Below, in pieces: positions 1-13,967 of a stretch of DNA of 64,000 nt (its first letter is position 1; each line of letters opens with the position of its first letter). Source of the DNA: Macrostomum lignano (Eukaryota). A program made the position numbers and the translations under genes. The DNA lies in contig NIVC01000703.1 in NCBI GenBank assembly GCA_002269645.1, positions 62,001 to 126,000 of the forward strand, in the 5' to 3' direction. Below the pieces are notes generated by a model. The model saw nothing but the letters and a program-made list of their open reading frames with translations. It ran no database searches and was not told the origin of the DNA.

Positions 1-289
<289 letters not shown>

Positions 290-318
290 ACAAATAGTCC
301 CTGATGCCAACCTTGCAG

Positions 319-556
319 CCCTCAGCCGTTGCACTCCGAGTATTGTCACGAGGACTCGAGGCTGCTGCAGTTTTCGGCCGAAATTGCCTCGCTTCGTGGC
401 GGCGACGAGAGAATCCTTGGTGGCAGCTGTGACTTCGTTCGCGTTGACGATGGCGAAGGTGGCGCCGTTGCTGAAGAACCGGCGGCTCAGTTCGTCTGCA
501 GCTGGCGGGACGCCTCCCCCAGCAACAGGATCAGCGGCAAGTGGCTCGATGGCTGA
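319..556 (+). CDS. Possible coding exon of a gene entering from upstream of the window
   Basis: Acceptor ccttgcag at 318, then an open frame PQPLHSEYCHEDSRLLQFSAEIASLRGG...KWLDG* with GC-rich codon use; no recognisable domain. Confidence 0.35.
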
Positions 557-956
557 ATCGTATTTCAAAGCTGAGCCCCACCCTAACTCCAACCATAGCC
601 CTCAGGTTCGCTTTCCCAAAGCCCCGCTTTGAATGAATTCGAGAATCCTGAGTAGCCTTATAAATATTTTACTAGCAGCCCAGAGCCATGAGAAGAAAAA
701 CAGCGGCTGGTGCGAATGTCCAAAGTTGAAATCTCTCTAATCTGTTTCCAGTCTCTCCGAGCTCCATCGAGGCCGCTCCATTGGTCAGAGAACTGCCTCG
801 CCTGGGAGTGAAGTCCGGCTCAGTTGAGTGAGTGGACCGGTGCCAGCTGCTGGCCGCACTAAACTGCCTTTTTCATGCCCGCCGCCTGTTCTGTCTTGCT
901 CTCTTCAAATTTTGCTCCGTTTTACCTGTGTTGCACCTGTTCTACCTGTTAACCAG

Positions 957-3484
<2,528 letters not shown>

Positions 3485-3875
3485 CGAGAAAAATATCTTT
3501 TAGAAAGAGCCTCTCTATTTTTTCTTTCCCTTCTCGTGAAATTCCATTGTACAAGTGTTGCTTTGCTTCTAATAGCCATCCTAATTGATGGGGCGTGCTG
3601 TCAATACATGTATTGTGCATGTACTGTTTAGCCCTCTCCACCCCGTCTCCAGCGCACACGAAAGCGCCGCCCAGGTTGAACTTTTTCAAAGCATTCGTAG
3701 TGGATTCTGTCCCATGCTATTTTGCTTTTCGCTCGGCTGAAATTACGCTCGTAGTCTCAGAATCTCATTGCATGTCGTGAGCCGGCTTGGAGCGTCTGAA
3801 GAAATACATGCCGACTTTCTGATTGTGAGCAAACTGAGAACCGCTGCATCGTCAGTTCAATCTGTGTAATGTAAG

Positions 3876-4976
3876 AAGGGGAGATGAGAATGGAGAGAGA
3901 TGGGACAGATAAGAATGGAGAGGGATGGGAGAGATGAGAATGGAGAGAGATGGGAGAGATAAGAATGGAGAGGGATGGGAGAGATGAGAATGGAGAGAGA
4001 TGGGAGAGATAAGAATGGAGAGGGAGGGGAGAGATGAGAATGGAGAGGGATGGGAGATATGAGAATGAAGAGGGAGGGGAGAGATAAGAATGGAGAGAGA
4101 TGGAGAGAAATAAGAATGGAGATGGATGGAGAGAGATAAGAATGGAGAGAGATGGGAGAGAAATAAGAATGGAGAGAGATGGGAGAGATAAGAATGGAGA
4201 GGGATGGAGAGAAATAAGAGTGGAGATGGATGGAGACATAAGAATGGAGAGGGATGGGAGAGATAAGAATGGAGAGGGATGGGAGAGATAAGAATGGAGA
4301 GAGATGGGAGAAATAAGAATGGAGAGGGATGGGAGAGATAAGAATGGAGAGGGATGGAGAGATAAGAATGGAGAGAGATGGGAGAGATAAGAATGGAGAG
4401 GGAGGGGAGAGATAAGAATGGAGAGGGATGGGAGAGATAAGAATGGAGAGAGATGGGAGAGATAAGAATGGAGAGGGATGGAGAGAAATAAGAATGGAGA
4501 GGGATGGAGAGAAATAAGAATGGAGAGGGATGGAGAGATAAGAATGGAGAGAGATGGGAGAAATAAGAATGGAGAGGGATGGGAGAGATAAGAATGGAGA
4601 GGGATGGGAGAGATAAGAATGGAGAGAGATGGGAGAGATAAGAATGGAGAGGGATGGAGAGAAATAAGAATGGAGAGGGATGGAGAGAAATAAGAATGGA
4701 GAGGGATGGGAGAGATAAGAATGGAGAGGGATGGGAGAGATAAGAATGGAGAGAGATGGGAGAGATAAGAATGGAGAGGGATGGAGAGAAATAAGAATGG
4801 AGAGGGATGGAGAGAAATAAGAATGGAGAGGGATGGAGAGATAAGAATGGAGAGGGATGGAGAGAAATAAGAATGGAGAGGGATGGGAGAGATAAGAATG
4901 GAGAGGGATGGGAGAGATAAGAATGGAGAGAGATGGGAGAGATAAGAATGGAGAGGGATGGGGAGAGATAAGAATA
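3876..4976. repeat. Purine-rich minisatellite (agataagaatggagagggatgg-type)
   Basis: Degenerate tandem units of about 21-23 bp. Confidence 0.95.
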
Positions 4977-5355
4977 GAAGAGAAGTCGTTAGTTTCCGGG
5001 TCTATTATCGAGGACATTGGAGCCTGAAGACTTCAGCTGCAGACAGAACACAATTAATTGAGCAAGCGGCCTGAGCAAAAGCTTAAAAAATGAAAAAAAA
5101 CAGGGTGGTCACAGCTGGACTGCCAAATCATTTTCCGCAATTCGCTAGTGGCCAGCAGGGCGCCCCGTGTTGATCTACAATTGGTTCGGAATTTTCCAGC
5201 CAAACCTGTTTATAACTTGTCTGTGACGTCAGAACTTCCAGGGGCGAGGCCCTTGAAGCATCAGCTACGATTAACTGCCCAGTTCAGTTCCTGTCCCTGA
5301 TCTGTCTTGAAGTCCTGTCCCTGATCTGTCTTGAATTCCTGTCCCCAACCCCAGT

Positions 5356-6125
5356 CCCTGAACTGCCCCAACCCCAGTACATGAACTGCCCCAACCCCAG
5401 TACATGAACTGCCCCAACCCCAGTACATGAACTGCCCCAACCCCAGTACATGAACTGCCCCAACCCCAGTACATGAACTGCCCCAACCCCAGTACATGAA
5501 CTGCCCCAACCCCAGTACATGAACTGCCCCAACCCCAGTACATGAACTGCCCCAACCCCAGTACATGAACTGCCCCAACCCCAGTACATGAACTGCCCCA
5601 ACCCCAGTACATGAACTGCCCCAACCCCAGTACATGAACTGCCCCAACCCCAGTACATGAACTGCCCCAACCCCAGTACATGAACTGCCCCAACCCCAGT
5701 ACATGAACTGCCCCAACCCCAGTACATGAACTGCCCCAACCCCAGTACATGAACTGCCCCAACCCCAGTACATGAACTGCCCCAACCCCAGTACATGAAC
5801 TGCCCCAACCCCAGTACATGAACTGCCCCAACCCCAGTACATGAACTGCCCCAACCCCAGTACATGAACTGCCCCAACCCCAGTACATGAACTGCCCCAA
5901 CCCCAGTACATGAACTGCCCCAACCCCAGTACATGAACTGCCCCAACCCCAGTACATGAACTGCCCCAACCCCAGTACATGAACTGCCCCAACCCCAGTA
6001 CATGAACTGCCCCAACCCCAGTACATGAACTGCCCCAACCCCAGTACATGAACTGCCCCAACCCCAGTACATGAACTGCCCCAACCCCAGTACATGAACT
6101 GCCACAACCCCAGTACATGAACTGC
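5356..6125. repeat. 23-bp minisatellite (gaactgccccaaccccagtacat)n
   Basis: About 33 near-identical copies. Confidence 0.98.
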
Positions 6126-6877
6126 CTTATCAATTCCCTTCCTGAACTGTCCCCAATACCTGTTGCCTCAGGTCTCCTTCCAAAGCACCTCTTTAAGCCT
6201 TTAAGTCGCTGTCTCGAGCGTCTGCAGCTCAGCATTTGACCACATCCGGGAGCCCCCCCGCCAGCTGCAAAGCTCCCTCAGCAGGGAAAAATTCAAGCGC
6301 TGCCTGAAATCTTGTGGGGCTTCAGCCAGCAGGTAGCAACGCATAAATTGGCCATTAGAGCCGGCATAAAGGTCTTGCCGAGCCTGGGGCTTTCCATTGA
6401 TAGAAGGCTCGGATTTCCAGATGGCCTGCAGTGCGCTGAGCAAAAGGGGCGACCACAAAATTGCTTGGCGATTTTAGTCGGAAAGAAGAAGACTGCGTTG
6501 CTTGCAAAGAAACCGATTATAGCAAGATCTCCCATCCAATTGCGCCTGTTATCAACTCTTCCCTTTTTCTGCCTGGTTTCCTCTCCGAAAGCTCTCAAAC
6601 AACACATGTTTGAGTTTAAGCACGAGCTGAGCTGAAACAGTTGGCTGAGTATTTGCTCTCAGCATAGACAATGGAGTCCGTCATGCACGGGCGGAGAGGG
6701 CAGCCGTTGGCAATTGTGACTGGCCGAGAACTAGAGTGAACGGCTTTCTCGAGAGCCCTCGGGTTCTGGAGCTGGAGCAGCCAGTGCGCTCCTGGTCAGG
6801 CATGGGTGACTGGACTGGCTGACCCGCCCTCAGCCCAATCTTGTCTCCAATCTCGGCATTCCAATACCGCCCTTTGT

Positions 6878-7570
6878 CCCTCCCCATCTCTCTCTATCCT
6901 TCCCTTCCTCTCTCCCCATCTCTCTCTATCCTTCCCTTCCTCTCTCCCCATCTCTCTCTATCCTTCCCTTCCTCTCTCCCCATCTCTCTCTATCCTTCCC
7001 TTCCTCTCTCCCCATCTCTCTATCCTTCCCTTCCTCTCTCCCCATCTCTCTCTATCCTTCCCTTCCTCTCTCCCCATCTCTCTCTATCCTTCCCTTCCTC
7101 TCTCCCCATCTCACTCTATCCTTCCCTTCCTCTCTCCCCATCTCTCTCTATCCTTCCCTTCCTCTCTCCCCATCTCTCTCTATCCTTCCCTTCCTCTCTC
7201 CCCATCTCTCTCTATCCTTCCCTTCCTCTCTCCCCATCTCACTCTATCCTTCCTTTCCTCTCTCCCCATCTCTCTATCCTTCCCTTCCTCTCTCCCCATC
7301 TCTCTATCCTTCCCTTCCTCTCTCCCCATCTCTCTCTATCCTTCCCTTCCTCTCTCCCCATCTCTCTCTATCCTTCCCTTCCTCTCTCCCTCCTCTCATC
7401 CTCTCTCCGCTTCCTTTCCCTCTTTTACTCTCGTTCCCGTATTATCCTCTTAATCTCCCTCTCCCTCTCCCGTTCCCTCCTCTTAATCTCCCTCTCCCTC
7501 TCCCGTTCCCTCTTCTTAATCTCTCTCCCCCTCTCTCCCTCTCCTCTCTCCCTCGCCCTCTCCCTACCTC
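6878..7570. repeat. Pyrimidine-rich minisatellite of about 32 bp (ccccatctctctctatccttcccttcctctct)
   Basis: Tandem copies visible. Confidence 0.95.
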
Positions 7571-8514
7571 TATCGCTCCCAATAAACCGCATAAATCGCT
7601 CTATATCTATTACCTTCCACATTTTCTTTCCCGTCTTGCATTTGTCTCTGTTTTTGTGAATTAAAAATCAGGACATGCGCTCATCGTCTATTTAAAGTAG
7701 AATCATTCGACTTCAGCGCTAATTTGCTTACAGAAATACAAGGCGAATGCATTTTAGAAATGGCCATAAGGGATTCCCATATTGCCAGTTAAGCGAGCGG
7801 TCACTCGATCTCCTGGCAACCCGCTCCCAATCTAATTAGATTCTCGGTGGCACTCGACTATTCAATTCGGGCAGAGCCAGTTCGAATCTGCTTTGCTCAT
7901 TGTGGCTGCACCCAGAATCGTGCCCTGCCAAATGTGCGGTCTGGGCTGAGCGGGCTGGCAATTATAGAAATGATTTGCACTGCCGGCTGCACTCAAACCG
8001 TCTGCGAATGTCTGTCACATTTTGATTTGAACTGGTCAGAATTCCACTGCGCCATGCTGCCTGCCTGCCTGCCCGTACAGAATTTGTGCCTCAAGTCCGC
8101 AGGTTACTGAAATGTACCACAACTTCGGCTTGATCTTCTCCAGCCAAACTCCTCAGCTTACCGCCGGCTTCCCAAAATCCGACCCAGTTTTTCGATCCCC
8201 GCTTCCATCATCGACTCTTCCCCGTTAATTCCCATGGGAGAATTATCCTCGCCTCGCCTTGCTCTCGAATTCCTCACCTCGGCGACTCCGGTGACGGGCC
8301 AACTTGAGCACAGCCGGGATGCTCCCGTGACCCGGGCGCCTGAGTTCGGCCCGGCTGGGAGAGATGAGGCGCCTGAGAGGCTGGGCAGGCCAGGTCTCGC
8401 TTCATTGGCTCGCAAATTTGCTTTATGAAGGCTTCTTCGCATTTTATCTGGCCAGCCCCCCCCCCAGCCGGCCTCCCAGCTCCGCAGACTGCGATTCTCC
8501 ATCAACCAGCTGCG

Positions 8515-10404
8515 ATGCCGACAGCGGCCGCCAAAGCCGCTCCCGACCAGGAGCCGGACGGCGAGACCGCCAAGGAGATTCTGCTGCGCTTCTGCCGCGG
8601 CACCAGCCTGCGCGGAATCCCGCGAATCGTCTCGGCCGACAGCCGCCTCCTGCGCGCCCTGTGGCTCGGCTTCGTCAGCGCCCTGGTGCTTGCCTGCGTG
8701 CTCAACCTGCACCAGATCGTCTCCCTCTACCTGGCCTACGACGTCGTACAAATGCCCGTCCACCAGCTGCGGCCGGACGCCGCCTTCCCGTCCATCACGG
8801 TGTGCAACCAGATCCCGCTGTCCGTCAGCGGCCGCAAGCTCATGTACAGCAGCGGCTGGCGCTCGCCGCGTGATTTCTGGAAGGCCATCCTTGGCGTCAA
8901 GCGCAACCTGAGCCGGCTGGAACTCACCAAGGCGGAGCGGCATCACGTGGACCAATACCTGCCGGGCCTGTTCTCACTCAACGCCTACTTCTCCAACCTG
9001 CCGTTCGGGCATTCCGTCTCCGACCTCGGCTTCGCCAAGGACCAGCTGATCCGCAGCTGCTACCTGGTGGTCCGCAACCTGGACATAGACAAGGAGCCGC
9101 CGGTGAAAAGTCCGCAGTGCGATGCTGTTGGAACCTGGCGCCGGGTGCACGACCAGAACCGGCTGAACTGCTTCACCTACTCGGTGCAGGCGGGCGGCAA
9201 CAACCCGGTGGTGGAGATGGAGATGCGGCTGTTCCTCGGCCATGACCTCGGCCTGCCCTGCGACGACTGCATCAACATGGACATGAACACGCAGATCACT
9301 GGCGCTCGCATCGTGCTGCACGAGAACGGCAGCTTCCCGGACGTGTCCAAGGAGGGCTTCAACGTCTACCCCGGCACCCTCACCGAGGTCCGCTTCAGCA
9401 CGAGCAACTGGACCCGGCTGAAGCCGCCGCACGGCGAGTGCCAGGACATCGAGGCCGGCGACATCAGCCTGTACGGGCACCGGTTCGGCTACTCGCGGGA
9501 CGCCTGCAAGAAGGCCCGGCAGCAGCAGCTGATCGAGCAGCAGTGCGGCTGCACTTTTGCCGTCCTGCCGCACTCCGTGGCCAACGCGTCCGCCTTCTGC
9601 GAGCGTCTGGACAGCGACATCAACACGTTTACGCCCGCAGGCCTGGCGCGGGCGGCCCTCCGCAGCCGCTGCGGCCTGCTGGGGATGTTCCGCTCCGTTG
9701 ATTCGGACTGCCCGCAGCCCTGCAGCTCCCTGACCTTCGACACGTCCACAACGCAGGCTCAGTGGCCGCGCGAATCCATGCAGCTGCACCTGTTCGACAG
9801 CGAGCTGTGGCGCCCGTCCGGGCTGAGGCTGGGCCAGAGCGTCTCGCTGGACGCTGAAGTCAGCCAGGCGCACAAGGAGGAGGCGCAGATCCAGAAGCTC
9901 TACCTGAAGGTCAAGCGCCTGGCCGCCACGGACAAAGACGCCGCCACGCAGCTCATCAGCCGGCACGGGCTCATCTCCAAGAGCTTCCTGACGCTGAAGG
10001 TCACGCGGAAGGACTTCGCCGTTGTGCAGCTCCGCGACAAGCCGGTGCGCACCCTGGCGTCCACGCTGAGCCAGATTGGTGGCCTGCTGTCCATGTGGAT
10101 CGGCCTGACTCTCATCTGGATTGTCGAGCTGCTGGAGCTGCTGATCCGCCTCTGCTGGCACCTACGCAGCCGCGTCAGGTCGGCGGCCGCGTCGCGCCTT
10201 CAGCAGCGGCGCCAGCGGCCTGGCGAGAATTTCAACTGCGAGAACAACGACTTCGGCGGCGGTGGGGGCGGCGACAGCAGCCGAGGTGGCGGCAGCGGCG
10301 GCGGCGGCAGTGGCGACGACGTCTGGCTCGAGGGCCGGCTGCTCCCCCTGGCCGACATGCCGGAGCGGAGGCCGCAGTCCGCAGTCAGGAGGAGCCGAGT
10401 CTGA
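8515..10404 (+). CDS. DEG/ENaC (amiloride-sensitive sodium channel family) subunit, single exon
   Basis: Pre-TM1 FCRGTSLRGIPRI, TM1 LWLGFVSALVLACVL, FPSITVCNQIP, NCFTY, GARIVLH, Cys-rich thumb (YSRDAC..CGC..CPQPC), TM2 LSQIGGLLSMWIGLTLIWIVELLE. ATG 8515 preferred over 8425. Confidence 0.96.
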   Translation: MPTAAAKAAPDQEPDGETAKEILLRFCRGTSLRGIPRIVSADSRLLRALWLGFVSALVLACVLNLHQIVSLYLAYDVVQMPVHQLRPDAAFPSITVCNQIPLSVSGRKLMYSSGWRSPRDFWKAILGVKRNLSRLELTKAERHHVDQYLPGLFSLNAYFSNLPFGHSVSDLGFAKDQLIRSCYLVVRNLDIDKEPPVKSPQCDAVGTWRRVHDQNRLNCFTYSVQAGGNNPVVEMEMRLFLGHDLGLPCDDCINMDMNTQITGARIVLHENGSFPDVSKEGFNVYPGTLTEVRFSTSNWTRLKPPHGECQDIEAGDISLYGHRFGYSRDACKKARQQQLIEQQCGCTFAVLPHSVANASAFCERLDSDINTFTPAGLARAALRSRCGLLGMFRSVDSDCPQPCSSLTFDTSTTQAQWPRESMQLHLFDSELWRPSGLRLGQSVSLDAEVSQAHKEEAQIQKLYLKVKRLAATDKDAATQLISRHGLISKSFLTLKVTRKDFAVVQLRDKPVRTLASTLSQIGGLLSMWIGLTLIWIVELLELLIRLCWHLRSRVRSAAASRLQQRRQRPGENFNCENNDFGGGGGGDSSRGGGSGGGGSGDDVWLEGRLLPLADMPERRPQSAVRRSRV

Positions 10405-11077
10405 CTGAGAGTGATGTGCCACAGCCCCGCCCATGGGGCCCGGGGTGAAACGTAATTGGTTTCACAAACACTCGAGCACTGCTGCTCCAGTTGTTAAAGT
10501 ACCAAAATAAGTGTGTTGCTGCAATAATGAATCTCATTAACGGTATTAATGATAATAGAAGTAAAATAAATGCTCGGGGGGCTGTGGCCGCCCTGGTGAA
10601 TACAATCTGGATGCTGACAGTGCCTCAAGGCCCGCTACCAGAGGCAATAGAAGCCTGCGGGTTGAAATCTCAGCCGATTATCATAGGGGGATTTCTCCCA
10701 TGCAGGGACAATACGCAGAAAAAAAATTGCGAGTCAGGGGAATAGTGAAGCACAATGCGCTGGGCCGATGACAATACAATCTGCTTACCCCATTGGGTAT
10801 GAAGTCCCCCATTCTCCCTGAGCCAGCATGCTGGTTTACTCATGCTTTTTTAGCATTTCTGAGCTGCTTTTACGGTGCCCACGGAGACCCGCCTGTAGTT
10901 GGTGAACCGTGAAAAGTGGCTGGGGATTCTTTATGGCAAAGTTTTTTACGAGTATTTCTCTGCTGAGGACGCCATAGTGCTTTGCCAGCAGATTCTGATG
11001 GTTTATTCAAGTTTATTGCTTCCTCTCCGGACTCGCTGACAATTTTAGTTGCTATGGGACTGCGTTGGATCCCATCG

Positions 11078-11535
11078 GGACTCACTCCAGCTCACCCCAG
11101 CTGTTTCCAGCCCACTCCAGACTCACTCCAGCTCACTAAAGACTCATTCCAGCTCTCCATCTCACCCCAGCTCACTAAAGACTCACTCCAGCTCTCTCCA
11201 TCTCACCCCAGCTCACTCCAGACTCACCCCAGCTGACCCCAGACTCACTCCAGCTCTCTCCATCTCACCCCAGCTCACTCCAGACTCACTCCAGCTCACT
11301 AAAGACTCACTCCAGCTCTCTCCAGACTCACCCAGCTGTCTTCATCTCACCCCAGCTGTCTTAATCTCACTCCAGCTGTCTCCATCTCACCCCAGCTGTC
11401 TTCATCTCACCCCAGCTGTCTTCATCTCACCCCAGCTGTCTTCATCTCACTCCAGCTGTCTCCATCTCACCCCAGCTGTCTTCATCTCACTCCAGCTGTC
11501 TCCATCTCACTCCAGCTGTCTCCATCTCACCCTAG
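11078..11535. repeat. Degenerate minisatellite (ctcaccccagct / ctcactccag units)
   Basis: Tandem variant units. Confidence 0.9.
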
Positions 11536-12177
11536 CTCAACCTGAGCTCATATTTTTCTTCAGCTGGGAAGTGAGTGCGCATGGACCAGCTGGCTTCAAC
11601 TCAGTCAAATAATTGAGATACTCAACTGTTGATCGTAAAAAACTTGTCGACAAAGAAACAATTGTTTGCTCATCTTTACACCTCTGCCTACGAGTTCGCA
11701 TATTGATTCATAAGCAAACATCTGGGTCACCAGGGGCGTCTCCAGTCTTGACTCATGCTCCATGTTCTTTCGTGTCCCAAATGTGAACTTTTTTCTCATT
11801 AAACTTTAATGGCCGATCACTACAGTTTTGAATCTTCATCTTTAGATTCAACATGCAGCGCTATTTTGGCGCTAAACTGGATGGTTTTGAAAAGATGGGT
11901 TTATTACTGCTGAATAGTTGGACCAAATTATATTTTCCAATCTTATCCTTATCGGGCTTGACAGCCACATCTGGCCACAGCGAGGGGGTGGGAGCAAAAG
12001 CGTGCAACTGGCACGCTTGGGAGAAATTTGAGAACTAAGAATTATAAAACTGTCATCATCAGGTATTTGTGTCCAGTTTTTCATTCATGCTTTAATTTCC
12101 CTGATACTCAATGGGCTCGTCAATTCCTTTCATTTTTTAAAAGCATTGAGTATTTTGCTTACCTTTCGGTCATTGGC

Positions 12178-12541
12178 TGTAAGCTTGCCTTTCCTCTCTG
12201 CCCCTTCCTCACTGCTGATTGGCTGAAAGTGTTTTAAGCTTGTCCTGCCGTTCTGCCCCTTCCTCACTGCTGATTGGCTGAAAGTGCTGTAAGCTTGTCC
12301 TGCCGCTCTGCCCCTTCCTCACTGCTGATTGGCTGAAAGTGCTGTAAGCTTGTCCTGCCGCTCTGCCCCTTCCTCACTGCTGATTGGCTGAAAGTGCTGT
12401 AAGCTTGTCCTGCCGCTCTGCCCCTTCCTCACTGCTGATTGGCTGAAAGTGCTGTAAGCTTGTCCTGCCCCTCTGCCCCTTCCTCACTGCTGATTGGCTC
12501 AAAAGTGTTGTAAGCTTGTCCTCCCTCTCTGCCCCTTCCTC
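12178..12541. repeat. 55-bp tandem repeat containing CTGATTGGCT (Y/CCAAT box)
   Basis: About 6.5 copies, period 55 (tgtcc at 12241 and 12296). Confidence 0.95.
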
Positions 12542-13216
12542 GCATTTGATTGGATCATGTGAATCATTGCTACACTACCAAAGTAGTTGTTTTGCAACAT
12601 GCACTTGCATTACCTACTTATGTTATGCATATAATTCATTGCTTGAAAATATTAGCTAGCATACCTGAAGCCAGACTTTCGGCGAAACTGATTAATCTCA
12701 GCTTTCTAAAAACAGAACAGCAGAAAAGAAGCACCAGGGCCGAGCACGCAAGTTGAGCCACTCCAGTATAATTAAATCTGTTTTAAACTCCATTCCATTT
12801 GTCAAATCAGTCGGGCATTTGTCTGAATTGGAAAATATGGCAGACTGCTTCAGAACCAGGCTGTCAGTCTGGCCCAGTCTCTCTCTCTCTCTCTCTCTGA
12901 GCACTAACTGGTTGAGCTCTGACAGCTGCGTATTCTGCATAGTTAATAAGTACTTTAGTGGCAAAATAAATTCGGCCGGGCCTGTTCAGTTCGAATAGCT
13001 GAACCGTTTTTTTATCAAGGCGAGTGTACGTGGCTGCTGAGTAGCTCATATGCTAAATGGCATGAAGGGAGCGACGAGGCAAAGTGAATGCAGCAGATGG
13101 GGCCGGTGCTGTTTACTTAGCACAAGGCTGGGGGAGCATTGTGTCTCAGCTTTAAAGCGGCCCAGGCATTTTCACTGCCCAGTCATCCGCTTTGGTTGAC
13201 CCTCACTGCTCAATAT

Positions 13217-13967
13217 GTAGACTCAGGCTGATAAGCAGGTGAGGGAAGGTGGGTGAGAGGGAGAGAGTGAGATGTAGACTCAGACTGATAAGCAGGTGAG
13301 GGAAGGTGGGTGAGAGGGAGAGAGTGAGATGTAGACTCAGACTGATAAGCAGGTGAGGGAAGGTGGGTGAGAGGGAGAGAGTGAGATGTAGACTCAGGCT
13401 GATAAGCAGGTGAGGGAAGGTGGGTGAGAGGGAGAGAGTGAGATGTAGACTCAGACTGATAAGCAGGTGAGGGAAGGTGGGTGAGAGGGAGAGAGTGAGA
13501 TGTAGACTCAGGCTGATAAGCAGGTGAGGGAAGGTGGGTGAGAGGGAGAGAGTGAGATGTAGACTCAGATTGATAAGCAGGTGAGGGAAGGTGGGTGAGA
13601 GGGAGAGAGTGAGATGTAGACTCAGACTGATAAGCAGGTGAGGGAAGGTGGGTGAGATGGAGAGAGTGAGATGTAGACTCAGACTGATAAGCAGGTGAGG
13701 GAAGGTGGGTGAGAGGGAGAGAGTGAGATGTAGACTCAGACTGATAAGCAGGTGAGGGAAGGTGGGTGAGATGGAGAGAGTGAGATGTAGACTCAGACTG
13801 ATAAGCAGGTGAGGGAAGGATGTTGAGGGGGGGAGAGTGAGATGTAGACTCAGACTGATAAGCAGGTGAGGGAAGGTGGGTGAGAGGGAGAGAGTGAGAT
13901 GTAGACTCAGACTGATAAGCAGGTGAGGGAAGGTGGGTGAGAGGGAGAGAGTGAGATGTAGACTCAG
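13217..13967. repeat. 57-bp minisatellite (gatgtagactcagactgataagcaggtgagggaaggtgggtgagagggagagagtga)
   Basis: About 13 copies. Confidence 0.97.

Noticed and set aside
5261-6235. Long periodic ORFs over minisatellites (also 3857-5017, 13203-14225, 15340-16291, 16621-17904, 22103-23071, 32574-33737, 37729-38469, 38683-39870, 62153-63067)
   Set aside because: Translations of stop-free tandem repeats in several frames; periodicity equals the DNA unit; many lie in introns.
8974-10161. Antisense ORFs opposite GC-rich CDS (also 2261-3457, 35258-36022, 44084-45172, 52469-53080, 58025-58579)
   Set aside because: Expected shadow of GC3-rich codon usage; no independent domain signal.
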